From the NCBI GenBank assembly GCA_963754875.1, contig CAVWHO010000021.1:32001-96000 (forward strand): a stretch of DNA of 64,000 nt. The letters are read 5' to 3'. The notes beneath the pieces were generated by a model that saw only the letters and a list, made by a program, of their open reading frames with translations, did no database searches and was not told the origin of the DNA. Position 1 is the first letter of the stretch, and every line of letters starts with the position of its first letter. The stretch comes from Nitrospirota bacterium (GTDB lineage: Bacteria; Nitrospirota; UBA9217). Shown in pieces: positions 41,207 to 52,376 of this stretch. The position numbers were made by a program, and so were the translations under genes.

Positions 41207-41704
41207 CTAGGACATGCTCAACTGCGAGAGCTGTTTATAGGCACCTTCATCGGGAGCAATTAAAGAAATTTTCAGACTGCGGCCGCCGGCGCCTTCGGCA
41301 ATCCCTTCACGAAACGCCGGCATGGCTCCTGCGGACAGGACTCCCGGTGCTTGAAAATATTCCATTGCCACATTTGTAACGCCGGCACCCAACACACAGG
41401 CTGCCGCTGTTTTGACGGCAGTCCTCAGCGACGATGTTGAAAAGCCCGCTTTCGTACCAAGCCCTATGAGGAATATTTTTTGTGACGGCACTTTTCCCCG
41501 CGATGTGAACAGTGCAACATCGCCGATCGCTCCAAGCAGCTTGTTCTTGATCAAGAGACTGGACAGAGCGCCGCACAGCAGCCAGTCCAGCTGCCCTGCA
41601 GCGCCCTTGAGCGGTCTGACATCCTGGAAAAAACCGACAATGAGGCCTTCAGCTTCGACTTTTTTTATGTCCTGGAGTATGACCTGCACTGTGACACCAG
41701 ACAT
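41207..41704 (-). CDS. Stand-alone peptidase M17 N-terminal domain protein
   Basis: DVRPLKGAAGQLDWLLCG.LS, KIFLIGLG; no catalytic domain. Confidence 0.7.
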   Translation of the reverse strand: MSGVTVQVILQDIKKVEAEGLIVGFFQDVRPLKGAAGQLDWLLCGALSSLLIKNKLLGAIGDVALFTSRGKVPSQKIFLIGLGTKAGFSTSSLRTAVKTAAACVLGAGVTNVAMEYFQAPGVLSAGAMPAFREGIAEGAGGRSLKISLIAPDEGAYKQLSQLSMS

Positions 41705-41711
41705 CCTTTCA

Positions 41712-42143
41712 CTACTCCTCGATCCTGCTCTCGTCCAGTTTTCCGGTCATTCTGGCAACACGGTCCAGGATGCCGTTTACGAACGCTCCGGATTCTTCAG
41801 TCCCGTATTTCTTGGCTATTTCGATTGCTTCGTTGATTGTTACACTGGTGGGGATATCCATCCGATAGAGGATCTCATAGATCGCCATCCTGAGTACATT
41901 GCGGTCCACGACCGCCATGCGGTCCAAACTCCAGTTCTGCGCACAGTCCTGAATAAGTCCGTTGATCCTGGTGACGTATTTAAATGTTCCCTTGACGATC
42001 TCTTCGGCAAAAGCTTTGACTTCTTCGTCCGGCTGGTATTCTGCCCAGAAATGCTTCAGGACAGCAGCTGAGGGCTTCTCTTTTTTGATGTCGAGCTGAA
42101 ACAGTATCTGGAGCGCGTGCTCCCTTGCCTTGCGTCTCTTCAT
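41712..42143 (-). CDS. nusB: Transcription antitermination factor NusB
   Basis: RRKARE.ALQ, DRNVLR, INEAIEIAK, FVNGILD. Confidence 0.96.
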   Translation of the reverse strand: MKRRKAREHALQILFQLDIKKEKPSAAVLKHFWAEYQPDEEVKAFAEEIVKGTFKYVTRINGLIQDCAQNWSLDRMAVVDRNVLRMAIYEILYRMDIPTSVTINEAIEIAKKYGTEESGAFVNGILDRVARMTGKLDESRIEE

Positions 42144-42177
42144 ACCCCGCCGTCTGGCTGCCGTTTCAAATGTATCT

Positions 42178-42648
42178 TCATACGGTAAACTGCTTCATCA
42201 GATTCGCCATCTCGATGGCCGCGAGCGCAGCGTCCCAGCCTTTATTGCCGCTCTTCGTTCCCGCCCGTTCGATCGCCTGCTCTATCGTATCCGTCGTTAA
42301 CACCCCGAAAATGACCGGCAACCCTGATTCCAGGGAAACAGCTGCCACGCCTTTGCTCACTTCGGCGCTCACGTATTCGAAATGCGGTGTAGCTCCGCGG
42401 ATCACCGCACCGAGACAAATAATGGCATGGTACTTCTTCGACTGTGCCAGCACTTTCGCTGCGAGCGGGATCTCGTACGCACCGGGGACCTTGAGGATCT
42501 CGACATCGCTGTCAGCAACACCATGCCGCTGCAGCCCATCAAGGGCGCCGTCCACCAGCCTGCTTGTAATAAAGTCATTGAACCGCGCCGCAACGATCCC
42601 GAATTTGAGCCCTTTGCCGCTCAAATCTCCCTGGATTATTTTTGCCAT
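42178..42648 (-). CDS. ribH: 6,7-dimethyl-8-ribityllumazine synthase
   Basis: [25 protein letters not shown]. Confidence 0.97.
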   Translation of the reverse strand: MAKIIQGDLSGKGLKFGIVAARFNDFITSRLVDGALDGLQRHGVADSDVEILKVPGAYEIPLAAKVLAQSKKYHAIICLGAVIRGATPHFEYVSAEVSKGVAAVSLESGLPVIFGVLTTDTIEQAIERAGTKSGNKGWDAALAAIEMANLMKQFTV

Positions 42649-42702
42649 CAATCCCTCCGTTCACTCACCGTACTTTAAGCCCGGCATTCAGAACTCTCAA
42701 CT

Positions 42703-43914
42703 TTATACTTTCTCCAGCATGTGTCCGAGTTTGCTCTTCTTCACCTTGAGGTAGTTAAGGTTTCTTGCATGGGGGTGCATCTCGATAGGAACGCGTGCCA
42801 CCACGGTCAAACCGTAGCCTTCAAGGCCTACGATCTTCTTGGGATTATTGGTAAGCAGCCTGATCTTACGGATGCCGAGATCGCGAAGGATCTGAGCGCC
42901 GACGCCGTAGTCCCTGAGGTCGGCCTTAAATCCGAGGGCAAGGTTCGCTTCAACGGTGTCCTTGCCCTTGTCTTGAAGTTCATACGCCTTGAGCTTGCCC
43001 TCAATGCCGATGCCGCGGCCTTCCTGCCGCATATAAAGAATCACACCCTTGCCTTCCGCATCGATCATCTGCATTGCGTTGTGGAGCTGTTCCCCGCAGT
43101 CGCAGCGTTGAGACCCGAACACATCGCCGGTGAGGCACTCGGAATGGACACGCACCATGACATCATCATCGGGTTTGATGTCGCCTTTGACGAGAGCGAT
43201 ATGGCTCTGGCGATCTATGTCATTGGCATAGAGGATTGCCGTGAACTCGTTTCCGTAAGAGGTGGGGAGCTTTGTTACCGCCACCCTGCGGACGAGAGAT
43301 TCTTTCGTGACCCGGTAGGCAATGAGGTCCTTGACTGTTACGATCTTCATGTTGTGTTTCTTGGCGAACTCGGTGAGCTGAGGCACCCGCGACATAGTGC
43401 CGTCGTCGTTCATGATCTCGCAGATCACGCCAGCGGGATACAGGCCCGCGAGCCTGGCCAAGTCCACCGAGCCTTCGGTCTGACCGGTACGCTGCAGAAC
43501 GCCTCCCGGCTTCGAGCGCAGCGGGAACACGTGCCCGGGCCTGGCAAGGTCTTCGGGGCCTGCCTTCGGGTTTATGGCAGTCTTGATCGTGGTAGCCCGG
43601 TCTGCTGCGGAAATACCCGTGGTCACGCCCTTCTTGGCTTCGATGGAAATAGTAAACGCCGTACCGAACGAGGAGGTGTTGTCCGTGGTCATCATCGGGA
43701 GCTGCAGGTGTTCCACACGCTCGGGCGTGAGAGACAGGCAGATAAGACCGCGTCCGTGGGTTGCCATGAAATTAATTGCCTCGGGAGTCACCTTCTCCGC
43801 TGCCATGGTTAGGTCGCCTTCATTCTCCCGGTCTTCATCGTCGACGAGTATGATCATCTTGCCTTTTTTTATATCGTCAAGAGCTTCTTCAATGGTATTG
43901 AACTTCATGTACAT
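42703..43914 (-). CDS. ribBA: DHBP synthase / GTP cyclohydrolase II
   Basis: [35 protein letters not shown]. Confidence 0.97.
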   Translation of the reverse strand: MYMKFNTIEEALDDIKKGKMIILVDDEDRENEGDLTMAAEKVTPEAINFMATHGRGLICLSLTPERVEHLQLPMMTTDNTSSFGTAFTISIEAKKGVTTGISAADRATTIKTAINPKAGPEDLARPGHVFPLRSKPGGVLQRTGQTEGSVDLARLAGLYPAGVICEIMNDDGTMSRVPQLTEFAKKHNMKIVTVKDLIAYRVTKESLVRRVAVTKLPTSYGNEFTAILYANDIDRQSHIALVKGDIKPDDDVMVRVHSECLTGDVFGSQRCDCGEQLHNAMQMIDAEGKGVILYMRQEGRGIGIEGKLKAYELQDKGKDTVEANLALGFKADLRDYGVGAQILRDLGIRKIRLLTNNPKKIVGLEGYGLTVVARVPIEMHPHARNLNYLKVKKSKLGHMLEKV

Positions 43915-43992
43915 CACCCCTTCAAATGCCTCTTCCGCAGCCCGAATCTCGCCCCGGCAATCGGTACGCTGGGTACCGCTTCCAGAATTGTT

Positions 43993-44631
43993 TCACGCAA
44001 ATCCGTGTTTCTTTAAAAGTTCCAGACTCACGCTCCCTTCGACCCTCCCTGACAGGAGCCGTTCAACATACTTTCCAATGATGTCCGCTTCCAGGTTCAC
44101 GCTGTCACCTACGGACTTGAACCCCAGTGTTGTGAGCTTTGCGGTGTGAGGAATCATGGCAACCGAAAAGCCCGTTTTGTCAACATCAGCTACGGTGAGA
44201 CTGATTCCGTCTATGGCAATGGAACCTTTTTTTATTACATAGCGAAGGACGGTCTCCGGTGCGTCGAGGAAGATCCGCCATCCGTTTCCTTCTTCCCGTT
44301 TGCTGCGGATGCGGCCTACGGAATCCACGTGGCCGCTCACGAGGTGGCCGCCGATCCGGGCTGAGAGCTGAAGCGCTCGTTCGAGGTTTACCTTTGTTCC
44401 GATTTTCAAATTACCGAGATTCGTGACGTTGAGCGTCTCAACGGCAACGTCGGCGGAGAACTCGTTTTTGCCCAGATCCACAACCGTGAGGCAGACACCG
44501 TTCACGCAGATGCTGTCTCCCAGGACCGTGCCGTCGAGCACCGTTGAAGCGGAAATCGTGAGACGTGCGGCGCCGGCATCACGCCTCAAAACTTTTACGT
44601 TCCCCAATTCTTCCACGATTCCGGTGAACAT
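43993..44631 (-). CDS. ribE: Riboflavin synthase
   Basis: MFTGIVE, GVCLTV, GGHLVSGHVD, KGSIAIDGISLTV. Confidence 0.96.
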   Translation of the reverse strand: MFTGIVEELGNVKVLRRDAGAARLTISASTVLDGTVLGDSICVNGVCLTVVDLGKNEFSADVAVETLNVTNLGNLKIGTKVNLERALQLSARIGGHLVSGHVDSVGRIRSKREEGNGWRIFLDAPETVLRYVIKKGSIAIDGISLTVADVDKTGFSVAMIPHTAKLTTLGFKSVGDSVNLEADIIGKYVERLLSGRVEGSVSLELLKKHGFA

Positions 44632-44677
44632 TTGTTATAAATTCTATCCTTAGTAAAATAGTTATCGAGCCGGTCGG

Positions 44678-45445
44678 CTACTGCAAGGGCGGAAGCAGGA
44701 CGATCTCGATCCTGCGGTTCTTGTGTCTTCCTTCTTCCGTGTCGTTCGAGGCAACCGGTTGGTACTCCCCGTAGCCAGTGGCGGAGAGCATATGCGGGTC
44801 AAGACCGCCTTCTTCCTGGAGATATCTCACCACCTCGGTAGCCCGGGCGGTCGAAAGTTCCCAATTGGTCGCGAACCGGTTCTTGAGCGCGCTCACGATC
44901 TGTATGTTGTCCGTGTGGCCGTCAACCTCGATCCGTTTGTCCTTCACGTCTTTCAAGATGGTGACGACCTTTGCAAGCACCGCCTTCCCTTTTTTGCCGA
45001 CCTTTGCGCTTCCCGAAGCGAAGAGAATCTGGTCCACCATGGTCACTGTGAGACGGTCCTTCATTTCCTTGATCTGAACCTGGCCTTCCTGGATCTCCTT
45101 CTCAAGCTTTTTCTGTAAATCCTGGTAGGTCTGGGTGGCCTTCTCGAGCTGCTCTGCCTTCTCTGCCTTCTCAGACAATTGACTGACTTTCGCTTGGAGC
45201 GTTTCGGTGTCCTTCTGTATTGCTTCTTTTTCCTGTTGAAGCGCGGTCTTTTCCCCTTGGAGCGCCGCGCGTTCTTTTTTCAGCGCATCCACCTCCGAAG
45301 TGAGGCTCTTAATTTGCGCCTGAAGATCATCAGCCTTTGCGCTCAGCGATTCTGCTTCTTTGGCTTTGAGATTATACGTAGATTGAGAAACGCAACCGCT
45401 CATCAACAGCAATGCAAATAACGGTAAAACAAGATGTTTTTTCAT
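44678..45445 (-). CDS. OmpA/MotB-domain lipoprotein with coiled coil
   Basis: LMSGC lipobox, GHTDN, NWELSTARA, NRRIEI. Confidence 0.88.
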   Translation of the reverse strand: MKKHLVLPLFALLLMSGCVSQSTYNLKAKEAESLSAKADDLQAQIKSLTSEVDALKKERAALQGEKTALQQEKEAIQKDTETLQAKVSQLSEKAEKAEQLEKATQTYQDLQKKLEKEIQEGQVQIKEMKDRLTVTMVDQILFASGSAKVGKKGKAVLAKVVTILKDVKDKRIEVDGHTDNIQIVSALKNRFATNWELSTARATEVVRYLQEEGGLDPHMLSATGYGEYQPVASNDTEEGRHKNRRIEIVLLPPLQ

Positions 45446-45634
45446 GCATGCCTCCTGATTATAGTAGCACTTCGCGATAAGGTGATGAACCTGGTTATAA
45501 TAGCTTTAGCATGCTTTATTGTCAAGAACATTATAGATTTATGCTATGTCGAAATATACTGTTCACCTTCTTTTACAATAGGCCGCCACAATTGTCGTGG
45601 ATTATCTCTTTCTGTCGCTGCTACGAATGAAGTT

Positions 45635-46207
45635 TTATTTTTTCCCCGACACTTGAGCCAGAAAGTCCGCGTCACTCAGCATGGCTTTTACCGCATCTGC
45701 AAGGGCCAGGCCGGCCAGCCGATTCACCAAGGCGTTTGCAGACTCGAAAAAACCCAGCCCCGATTCTGCACTTCCCTCGTAATTTTTAGACCATCCTGTT
45801 GATGAGGTGACTGCTGTTTTTACTTTGAACTGGTACGTGTCTCGTATCTGGTTAAAAATGATTTCCGGCAGCGCGATGCTCAGTGTTAACGAAGCGTTGG
45901 CCCGGACGTGCGCCCCGCGTTTTGCAAGCTCGCCTGCCAGGGACTCGACGAGCTTTTTTGACCACGCTTGTTTGTTCGCGACAAAGCCAAGGTTCTGCCC
46001 CTTATCGTTCAATATCTGAAAATCCGATGACTCTTTTTCAGCATTAACAACGATAAGAGAGACCCCGTTCATCGGAGGTGTTTCTACGTTCTTGAGCACT
46101 GGGACGGCGTTCGGCATGACCTTAACACCGCAACCCGTAAGCAACATTGCGCTGCAGACCAGTAATGCGACAATACCGTGATGGATCGATGCATGTAACT
46201 TTTCCAT
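45635..46207 (-). CDS. Hypothetical lipoprotein
   Basis: LLTGC lipobox, AGGAGG RBS. Confidence 0.75.
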   Translation of the reverse strand: MEKLHASIHHGIVALLVCSAMLLTGCGVKVMPNAVPVLKNVETPPMNGVSLIVVNAEKESSDFQILNDKGQNLGFVANKQAWSKKLVESLAGELAKRGAHVRANASLTLSIALPEIIFNQIRDTYQFKVKTAVTSSTGWSKNYEGSAESGLGFFESANALVNRLAGLALADAVKAMLSDADFLAQVSGKK

Positions 46208-46464
46208 GGAAAACCTCCTGAGGATAGTACACCGTAAACTTAACTATTACTTAATTGTTAATAGTATCGTAGAGCCGGCTTAATTTGTTTCGAGCATCGT
46301 TCTTTGTAAAGTTCCAGGAAATGCAGGCTTTAAGCCGGTTTCGGGGTTTCCCATACGAAAAAAGATCGGGGATGTTTGCAGTCCAGCAGTTAGCGGTTCA
46401 ATCATTCCGATTCAACGAGAATGGGAAGCATTTGACGCCCTCGCTCTGCATCCTCTCATTTCAT

Positions 46465-48057
46465 TCATCGCGCCCTTTTTCCCGTGATCTTGCTCATAGC
46501 CCGCTCGGACAATGCCGTGATCGTAAGCGAGGGGTTCACGCCCGGATTGGCCGAGATCATCGAGCCGTCGCATATATACATGTTCTCGTATCCGAACACT
46601 TTGTTGTCTTTGTCGATCACTCCCTCGTTCCTGTCCCTGCCCATGACCGCGCCGCCAAGGATATGCGCGGTCGTGGGAATGCCGAAGAGCGTTTCCGTCA
46701 AGAGCACCATGGGTTTCCCGTTCACCAGCGCTGCGTATCTCCGGGCCAGATCACCTGCTTCAGGAATAAAGGCCGTCGGCCGCTTGCCCTGTTCTGCTGT
46801 GGTCTTCATGCCGAATATGCCTTGCTCCAAACGCAGCGTGCTGTCGATAGTCTGCATGAACAACAGGACTTGTGTTCTCTTTGCCCAATCGCGGACAAAA
46901 TAGACCTTCAGGTTTTTGATGGGGTGAAGCATGAGGTCGATCACGACTTTCAAAAGTCTGGTTAAAGCACTGCGGCCTTGGGCAAAAGGCGATCCCAGCA
47001 GCCTCCAGAATCCCGACCCCGAAGGATACCGGACCGGTTCAAGGTGGCTGTGTTCATCGGTATGGAGGATCGAGCTGATGGCAATGCCGTCGGAAAAGGT
47101 CCTGTCCTTGTCGAGCGTAGTCACGCCTATAAGGCTCTCTGAGTTGGTGCGTACACGCGACCCGACCCTGTCCGACAGGTTCGGGAGCGATCGTTTTTTC
47201 AGCTTGAGCAGGAGTTTCACGGTACCGAGCACTCCGCCGCTGAATACGATGCCGGAACAGGTACCAGAACTTCGTTTGCCAAACAACGACGTCGTAGAAC
47301 GCCAGAAAACCCGGTATCCCCGAGCACCGTCTTCCCGGCTGAGCGGATGTACGTCGTAGACAAGTGATTCCGGTCGGATCGACGCCCCTCCCTGTTCCGC
47401 AAGATAAAGATAGTTCTTGTCAAGGGTATTTTTCGCGTTATAGCGGCATCCTACCATACACCCGCCGCAAAATGTGCAGCCGCTGCGATCGGGCCCCTTC
47501 CCGTTAAAGTACGGGTCCGGTACGTTTTTCTCCGGTTCTCCGAAAAAAACCGCCACCCTCGTCGGTTCAAAGGCCGATTCCTTGCCTATCTGCTTAGCCA
47601 GCGTCTGGAGCGATTTGTCACCGTTCTCGAGACGGGGACAGGTCACCGTGCCGAGCATCTTCGAAGCCAGGGGATAAAATTCCTGGAGCTCGTGCTGCCA
47701 GTCCGCAAGATGGGACCAGCTTGATGCCTGAAAGAAATCTTGTTTCGGAACCGGCAGTGTGTTGGCATACACAAGCGACCCGCCACCCACGCCAACGCCC
47801 GAGAGGATCGTGACGTGACGGAACCAGGTAATCTTGAAAAACCCGAAGAACCTGAACAGCGGCAGCCAGAGCCATTTTTTCAGGTTCCAGTTCGTACGGG
47901 GAAAGTCTTCGGATCCCAGCCTCTTCCCCTTTTCGAGCACCAGTACCTTGTAACCTTTCTCCGTCAACCGGAGGGCCGACACGGATCCGCCGAATCCTGA
48001 TCCGATAATGATGTAATCGTAATCGAAGTTGCCGGCTTTCTGTCTGGAGTCCTTCAC
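46465..48057 (-). CDS. GMC oxidoreductase, cholesterol oxidase-like
   Basis: GSGFGG, GVGGGSLVYAN, CTFCGGCMVGC, TAHILGG, GVNPSLTI. Confidence 0.9.
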   Translation of the reverse strand: MKDSRQKAGNFDYDYIIIGSGFGGSVSALRLTEKGYKVLVLEKGKRLGSEDFPRTNWNLKKWLWLPLFRFFGFFKITWFRHVTILSGVGVGGGSLVYANTLPVPKQDFFQASSWSHLADWQHELQEFYPLASKMLGTVTCPRLENGDKSLQTLAKQIGKESAFEPTRVAVFFGEPEKNVPDPYFNGKGPDRSGCTFCGGCMVGCRYNAKNTLDKNYLYLAEQGGASIRPESLVYDVHPLSREDGARGYRVFWRSTTSLFGKRSSGTCSGIVFSGGVLGTVKLLLKLKKRSLPNLSDRVGSRVRTNSESLIGVTTLDKDRTFSDGIAISSILHTDEHSHLEPVRYPSGSGFWRLLGSPFAQGRSALTRLLKVVIDLMLHPIKNLKVYFVRDWAKRTQVLLFMQTIDSTLRLEQGIFGMKTTAEQGKRPTAFIPEAGDLARRYAALVNGKPMVLLTETLFGIPTTAHILGGAVMGRDRNEGVIDKDNKVFGYENMYICDGSMISANPGVNPSLTITALSERAMSKITGKRAR

Positions 48058-48138
48058 GATTCATCCCCGCCTGAATGAGATGGAACCTTTCTGATCACGA
48101 CAGAGGCCGTGTTTGCCCTGGTTCCCAACTTAGAGATC

Positions 48139-48876
48139 TCACTCCTTATCCTTTTTCCCGCCGATATCAACCTGCCGGGACTGGAGCCGTTTGTAATAAA
48201 AGTTCTGGCCGTACAGCACACTGACCGGATTGTGCCCCGTGACCCGGTCCTTCACTATGAGGGTGGTAACTGGCGCGTTCGAATATTTCGCGAACAGCAT
48301 GTCATGTCCGACACAGAGGCCCACAATGGCATTCATTTCCGTCTGCGCTTCATTCAAGAGCTTTGCCTGCGCAACGGGATTGCAGGCAGGTTCGAATGTC
48401 TTGGGCCTCACCTTGTCTGTTTCAGAAAGGCCCAGTTCCAGCTTGTCGATGCTGCCGGTCTTGCAGCAAACGCTGATCGGAGTAAAGCCCTGGGCCTTCA
48501 GGATTTGGGCAAGCCTGTTCGTCTCGTCAAGAAGCCCGATGCAGGTTGCGATCCCGATCTTCTTGTAGCCCATCAGCTTTGCAAAGGCCACAGTATCCTC
48601 AACACGCGTCCAGCGGGCATTCACGGCGTCGCTGCCCGGAACCGGTTGGTAGCACAGACCTTCCACCTTCGCCGCGACTTTTGCCATCTTCGCGTCCTGG
48701 CTTTCTCCTTTATAAAGCCCGAAGCATTCCTTGATCACCTGTTCATGTTCCCGGGTCGGGCAATAGCCGGGCTTTGCAGGCCGTTTTGCCGGATCAGCGC
48801 TCCAGCAGTTCGTTGCGCCGGATTTCTGCCATACGCTGCTGCAGAGCGCACAGGAAAATTCGTTTTTATTTGTCAT
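48139..48876 (-). CDS. DUF1847 metal-binding protein
   Basis: TRVED, IGIATCIGL, SVCCK, CNPVAQA, GLCVGHD, KDRVTGHNP. Confidence 0.88.
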   Translation of the reverse strand: MTNKNEFSCALCSSVWQKSGATNCWSADPAKRPAKPGYCPTREHEQVIKECFGLYKGESQDAKMAKVAAKVEGLCYQPVPGSDAVNARWTRVEDTVAFAKLMGYKKIGIATCIGLLDETNRLAQILKAQGFTPISVCCKTGSIDKLELGLSETDKVRPKTFEPACNPVAQAKLLNEAQTEMNAIVGLCVGHDMLFAKYSNAPVTTLIVKDRVTGHNPVSVLYGQNFYYKRLQSRQVDIGGKKDKE

Positions 48877-48965
48877 AGAATTCTTCCCTTTTAATCGAAT
48901 AGTAAATGCACTTTGGACCACTTATTTTACTGTTTTCAGAACAACTCTCCGGTGTTCTTCCGATA

Positions 48966-49457
48966 TCACCATTTATTCTTATGAACCTTTTTTACATCAT
49001 ACCTGCCTTCCGGTTTTGGAGGTTTCTCAAGAGGATAACCGATGGGGACAAAAGAAAACGGCTGCACATTTGCGGGGATACTCAAAAGGGCCTTGACGTG
49101 AGGTATATTTTGGGGAAACACCGTGGTCCATACGCCGCCCAGTCCTTTTGCATGGACCGCAAGAAGGATGTTCAGCGTTGCAGCAGAGCAGTCCTGGACA
49201 GCGTAGCCCTTGGCCTTTTCGTTCTGCAGGTCCTGGCATACCAGGATGCCCGTAGGAGCGCCTTTAGGTGTGTTCGTATTGATCTTATAAAACTCTTCAA
49301 GTACAGATCCGTCAAGCACAATGAATTGCCACGCCTGCTCATTAATTGCCGAGGGGGCGTTCATTGCTGCTTCAAGAGCATCCTGTATATCTCTTTCAGA
49401 AACTGCGTCAGGTTTGAATTTTCTGACGCTTCTTCGGGATTTAAGCAGCTCAAGCAT
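48966..49457 (-). CDS. Nitroreductase family protein
   Basis: RRSVRKF, APSAINEQAW, NILLAVHAKGLG. Confidence 0.92.
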   Translation of the reverse strand: MLELLKSRRSVRKFKPDAVSERDIQDALEAAMNAPSAINEQAWQFIVLDGSVLEEFYKINTNTPKGAPTGILVCQDLQNEKAKGYAVQDCSAATLNILLAVHAKGLGGVWTTVFPQNIPHVKALLSIPANVQPFSFVPIGYPLEKPPKPEGRYDVKKVHKNKW

Positions 49458-49675
49458 GGCGTTTCTCCTTGTTCGAATAATCTGATTATGCACGTCTGAA
49501 GTGTATCATGAGCATAGAACTGAGCCAATTGAAAATCAGGAGTATCGGTTCAATCTTTCAAGGAGGTTTCTGAATTACAGAGTGAGGAAGTCCGGCTTCG
49601 TCATGTCATGATCAGAAATGCACTGTGCCCTTTTCTGAGCATCTCAAGGTTTGCGTCTCCGGGGTCGCGTTCCGG

Positions 49676-50446
49676 CTATCGCCAGGGATCGACAGACTCA
49701 AGAGCCAGTGTCTCTTTGACATCCCGCGTGATTTCATCTCGAATAAAACTTCTGATAAATTCCTTGTCCTGCGGGGCGATGTTGACAAACTTAAGCCCGA
49801 TTCCCGGCTCTCTGTGCTGCCCTACGCTGGTGTAGCTGTACACAACCGAACCTTCGGCCGAAATCGTTCGGTCTTTGACATGAAACCGGACAGTGATCCG
49901 CCTGTTTCTGGGATACGGTTTGTAGGTAGGTACGTACATGCCGTGTTCAGACAGGTCGATGGCACAAGAGTCTTCGGGACATTCAAGCGGCTCGTTGTTC
50001 AGAGATACGGGCGACCGGGCATCGATCCTGATACTTTCACGCGGTATTGGTTCAATGAGCGTCTGGACAATCCGGTAGAGCTCCTCGGACTGGATGGGTT
50101 TTGTAATGCAGCCCGCCGCACCGTTATCATAACATTGCCTTTCCGCAGCGGCGTCGCTGAGGGGGACCGTAAATACAACAGGGAGGGAGGCGGTACGCCT
50201 GGCTTGTTTAAGCATATGGAAGAAGTCCATGCCGCTCATGCCAGGAAGGACCAAATCAGTTACAACAAGCGCAGGGACATCTGCACTAATCAATCCGAGA
50301 GCTTCAGAAGCAGTGTACGCTTCGGAAACGTTGTATTCGAACCGCTTGAGCAGCAGGCAGATAGAAAGCATTGACTGGGTTTTATTGCCCACAACCAGGA
50401 TCGAGCTGTGCCCTCGTTTTTTCCCGAACGATGACGTGGTGTCCAT
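49676..50446 (-). CDS. Receiver-PilZ protein, paralog 1
   Basis: REC (VTDLVLPGMSG, KP) plus RESIR, DLSEHG, GIGLKF. Confidence 0.85.
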   Translation of the reverse strand: MDTTSSFGKKRGHSSILVVGNKTQSMLSICLLLKRFEYNVSEAYTASEALGLISADVPALVVTDLVLPGMSGMDFFHMLKQARRTASLPVVFTVPLSDAAAERQCYDNGAAGCITKPIQSEELYRIVQTLIEPIPRESIRIDARSPVSLNNEPLECPEDSCAIDLSEHGMYVPTYKPYPRNRRITVRFHVKDRTISAEGSVVYSYTSVGQHREPGIGLKFVNIAPQDKEFIRSFIRDEITRDVKETLALESVDPWR

Positions 50447-50656
50447 GCTGTTCCCCCCTTTTGCTGCCCTACGGAAAAGTCATTAGTTTGGTTGCAGTTT
50501 CTTCATTAGATAAAACATGTAAATATTATAAACTATTATGGCACCGGATGCACTAGTCTATTACTAAATACCGCATTTTTTATCTTTCCGCTGGAATAGT
50601 GACTGGAGTTTCCTGTAAGCTGCAGGGCTTCTGTAATTCTCGTGACGAGCACCGAA

Positions 50657-51457
50657 CTATTTCTCATGTCCAGCAACAGGCACGGCAATGCCGTCCATCA
50701 ATTTTTTCGCGATAAAAAGCCTGATCGATTCCCTGTCCTCGGGCCTGATCTGGGTAAACTTGACACCCATGCCTACTGTCTTTTGCGGGTCTCCGGCAGG
50801 CACGCTGTATATGACCTTTCCCTCGACCCTGATGCCCCAAGCCAAAGACCGGTCCAGATACAGGGTGAAAGATGATGTCGATCCATAGGGCAGCGGATTT
50901 TGCGCGCTCACATACATCCCCTGTTCGGAAATCGCCGTGACTTTCTCTTTTTTCTCGCCGCCCGTCGGCAAAACACCACCTTCCACGATCACATCCAGGG
51001 ACGTCGTAAGCCGGACGAAACGCCGGGGCGTTCGGGAGGCGGGTTCCGTGGCCATCTGAACGGCTTCGTAGAGCTGGTTATGGTCAGCCGGCTGCATCAG
51101 ATACGCGGCGCACCCGGCCTGTTCACAGGCCTGACGATAAGAAGGGGATTCCAATGAAGTGTAGATGAGGACCGGAACGCTGTTCGTACGAGGGTTTTGC
51201 TTGACGTCCTTCAGAAGCTCGATGCCGCTCATCTGGGGAAGAGCAATCTCCGTCATGATGAGGAGGGGTATGGTCAGTTCCATGATGATCATGGCTTCCT
51301 CGGCTGTCTTTACCGGGAAAACGTGATATTTGAGACGCTGCAGCAAAACGCACGTGAAAAACTGTTTGGAGCAGTCGCCGTCAACAACAAGGACGATCTT
51401 TTTTTCCGGGTCGGTTCCCGACAGGCCGGTTTCGGGTGCCGATTTCTTTTCAATCAA
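50657..51457 (-). CDS. Receiver-PilZ protein, paralog 2 (atypical REC)
   Basis: MTEIALPQMSG, RRFVR, AISEQG, GMGVKF. Confidence 0.85.
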   Translation of the reverse strand: MIEKKSAPETGLSGTDPEKKIVLVVDGDCSKQFFTCVLLQRLKYHVFPVKTAEEAMIIMELTIPLLIMTEIALPQMSGIELLKDVKQNPRTNSVPVLIYTSLESPSYRQACEQAGCAAYLMQPADHNQLYEAVQMATEPASRTPRRFVRLTTSLDVIVEGGVLPTGGEKKEKVTAISEQGMYVSAQNPLPYGSTSSFTLYLDRSLAWGIRVEGKVIYSVPAGDPQKTVGMGVKFTQIRPEDRESIRLFIAKKLMDGIAVPVAGHEK

Positions 51458-51546
51458 TGTCCGTTCTCCTTCAATGCAAATTAGGACAGTTCAGAGCATC
51501 CGACCCCGATGTCAAGACTATATCTCAAAATTACTGCCAGGGTATC

Positions 51547-52284
51547 TTACGGGGAGACTTCCCTCATGACGTCCTCGCGAATGAACTCTCTGATGAACGC
51601 ATGGTCTTCGGGAGCCATGCGGAGAAACTTGAGCCCCATGCCGGGTTCCGAAAACGGTCCGTCACCATACCGGTGGCTGTAGAGGACTGTTGCTTCTGCA
51701 GGGATTACTCTGCCGTTGATGTTCATCTCCACGGTAACATGTTCATTCCGGTCATGGGGTTCACGCGTGCGGACATACATGCCGTGCTCGGACAGAACCG
51801 AGGCGCATTCACCCTCGATGCAATCGAGCGGAACGTTATTCACGGATACCGTCAGCCGAGTTTCGATACGGATGTTCGACCGTGGAGTGGTTTCAATGGC
51901 CGCCTGGACGGCCCGGTAGAGATCTTCTACCTGGACGGGCTTCGGAAGCGCCGTGATTTTGAGGGCGAGGCACCTCCGCTCCGCAGCCTCGTCTCCGGTA
52001 GGTCTGAGAAAAATCATGGGGACGGAAGCAGTGCGGGGGTCCTGTTTGAGCAGGCTATTGAGGTCAACGCCGCTCATTACCGGGAGATACAGGTTCGCAA
52101 TGACGAGAGCAGGGATTGCCACCGATACCATGTCGAGCGCCTGGACCGACGTATTCGCAGTGCATACACGGTAGCCGAACCGTTGGAGGAGCATGGCACA
52201 CGTGAACAGGTCGGTGGTTTTGCTGTCCACGACCAGGAGGTAGCGCTTCGTACGTTTGGTCGAACCCGATGCAGTACGATTCAT
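51547..52284 (-). CDS. Receiver-PilZ protein, paralog 3 (atypical REC)
   Basis: IANLYLPVMSG, RSNIR, VLSEHG, GMGLKF. Confidence 0.85.
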   Translation of the reverse strand: MNRTASGSTKRTKRYLLVVDSKTTDLFTCAMLLQRFGYRVCTANTSVQALDMVSVAIPALVIANLYLPVMSGVDLNSLLKQDPRTASVPMIFLRPTGDEAAERRCLALKITALPKPVQVEDLYRAVQAAIETTPRSNIRIETRLTVSVNNVPLDCIEGECASVLSEHGMYVRTREPHDRNEHVTVEMNINGRVIPAEATVLYSHRYGDGPFSEPGMGLKFLRMAPEDHAFIREFIREDVMREVSP

Positions 52285-52376
52285 GGTTTACTCGCTCTCG
52301 TGCGCTGTCTGAAATATAATAAGTTATGGAGATAGGAGCAAACCGTCTCTCCACTCAAAGATCAATAATTCAATCG

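Noticed and set aside
44678..45445. Flagellar motB call
   Set aside because: Lipoprotein signal instead of the MotB TM helix with conserved Asp; no motA adjacent.
46273..46340. Inverted repeat AGCCGGCTTAA / TTAAGCCGGTT upstream of the lipoprotein gene
   Set aside because: Short arms around a large loop and no riboswitch motif; may be chance.
15244..52335. Long antisense ORFs such as 15244-16293, 30844-31839, 42721-43812 and 51436-52335
   Set aside because: They lie opposite well-supported genes and have no recognisable motifs; expected shadow ORFs.
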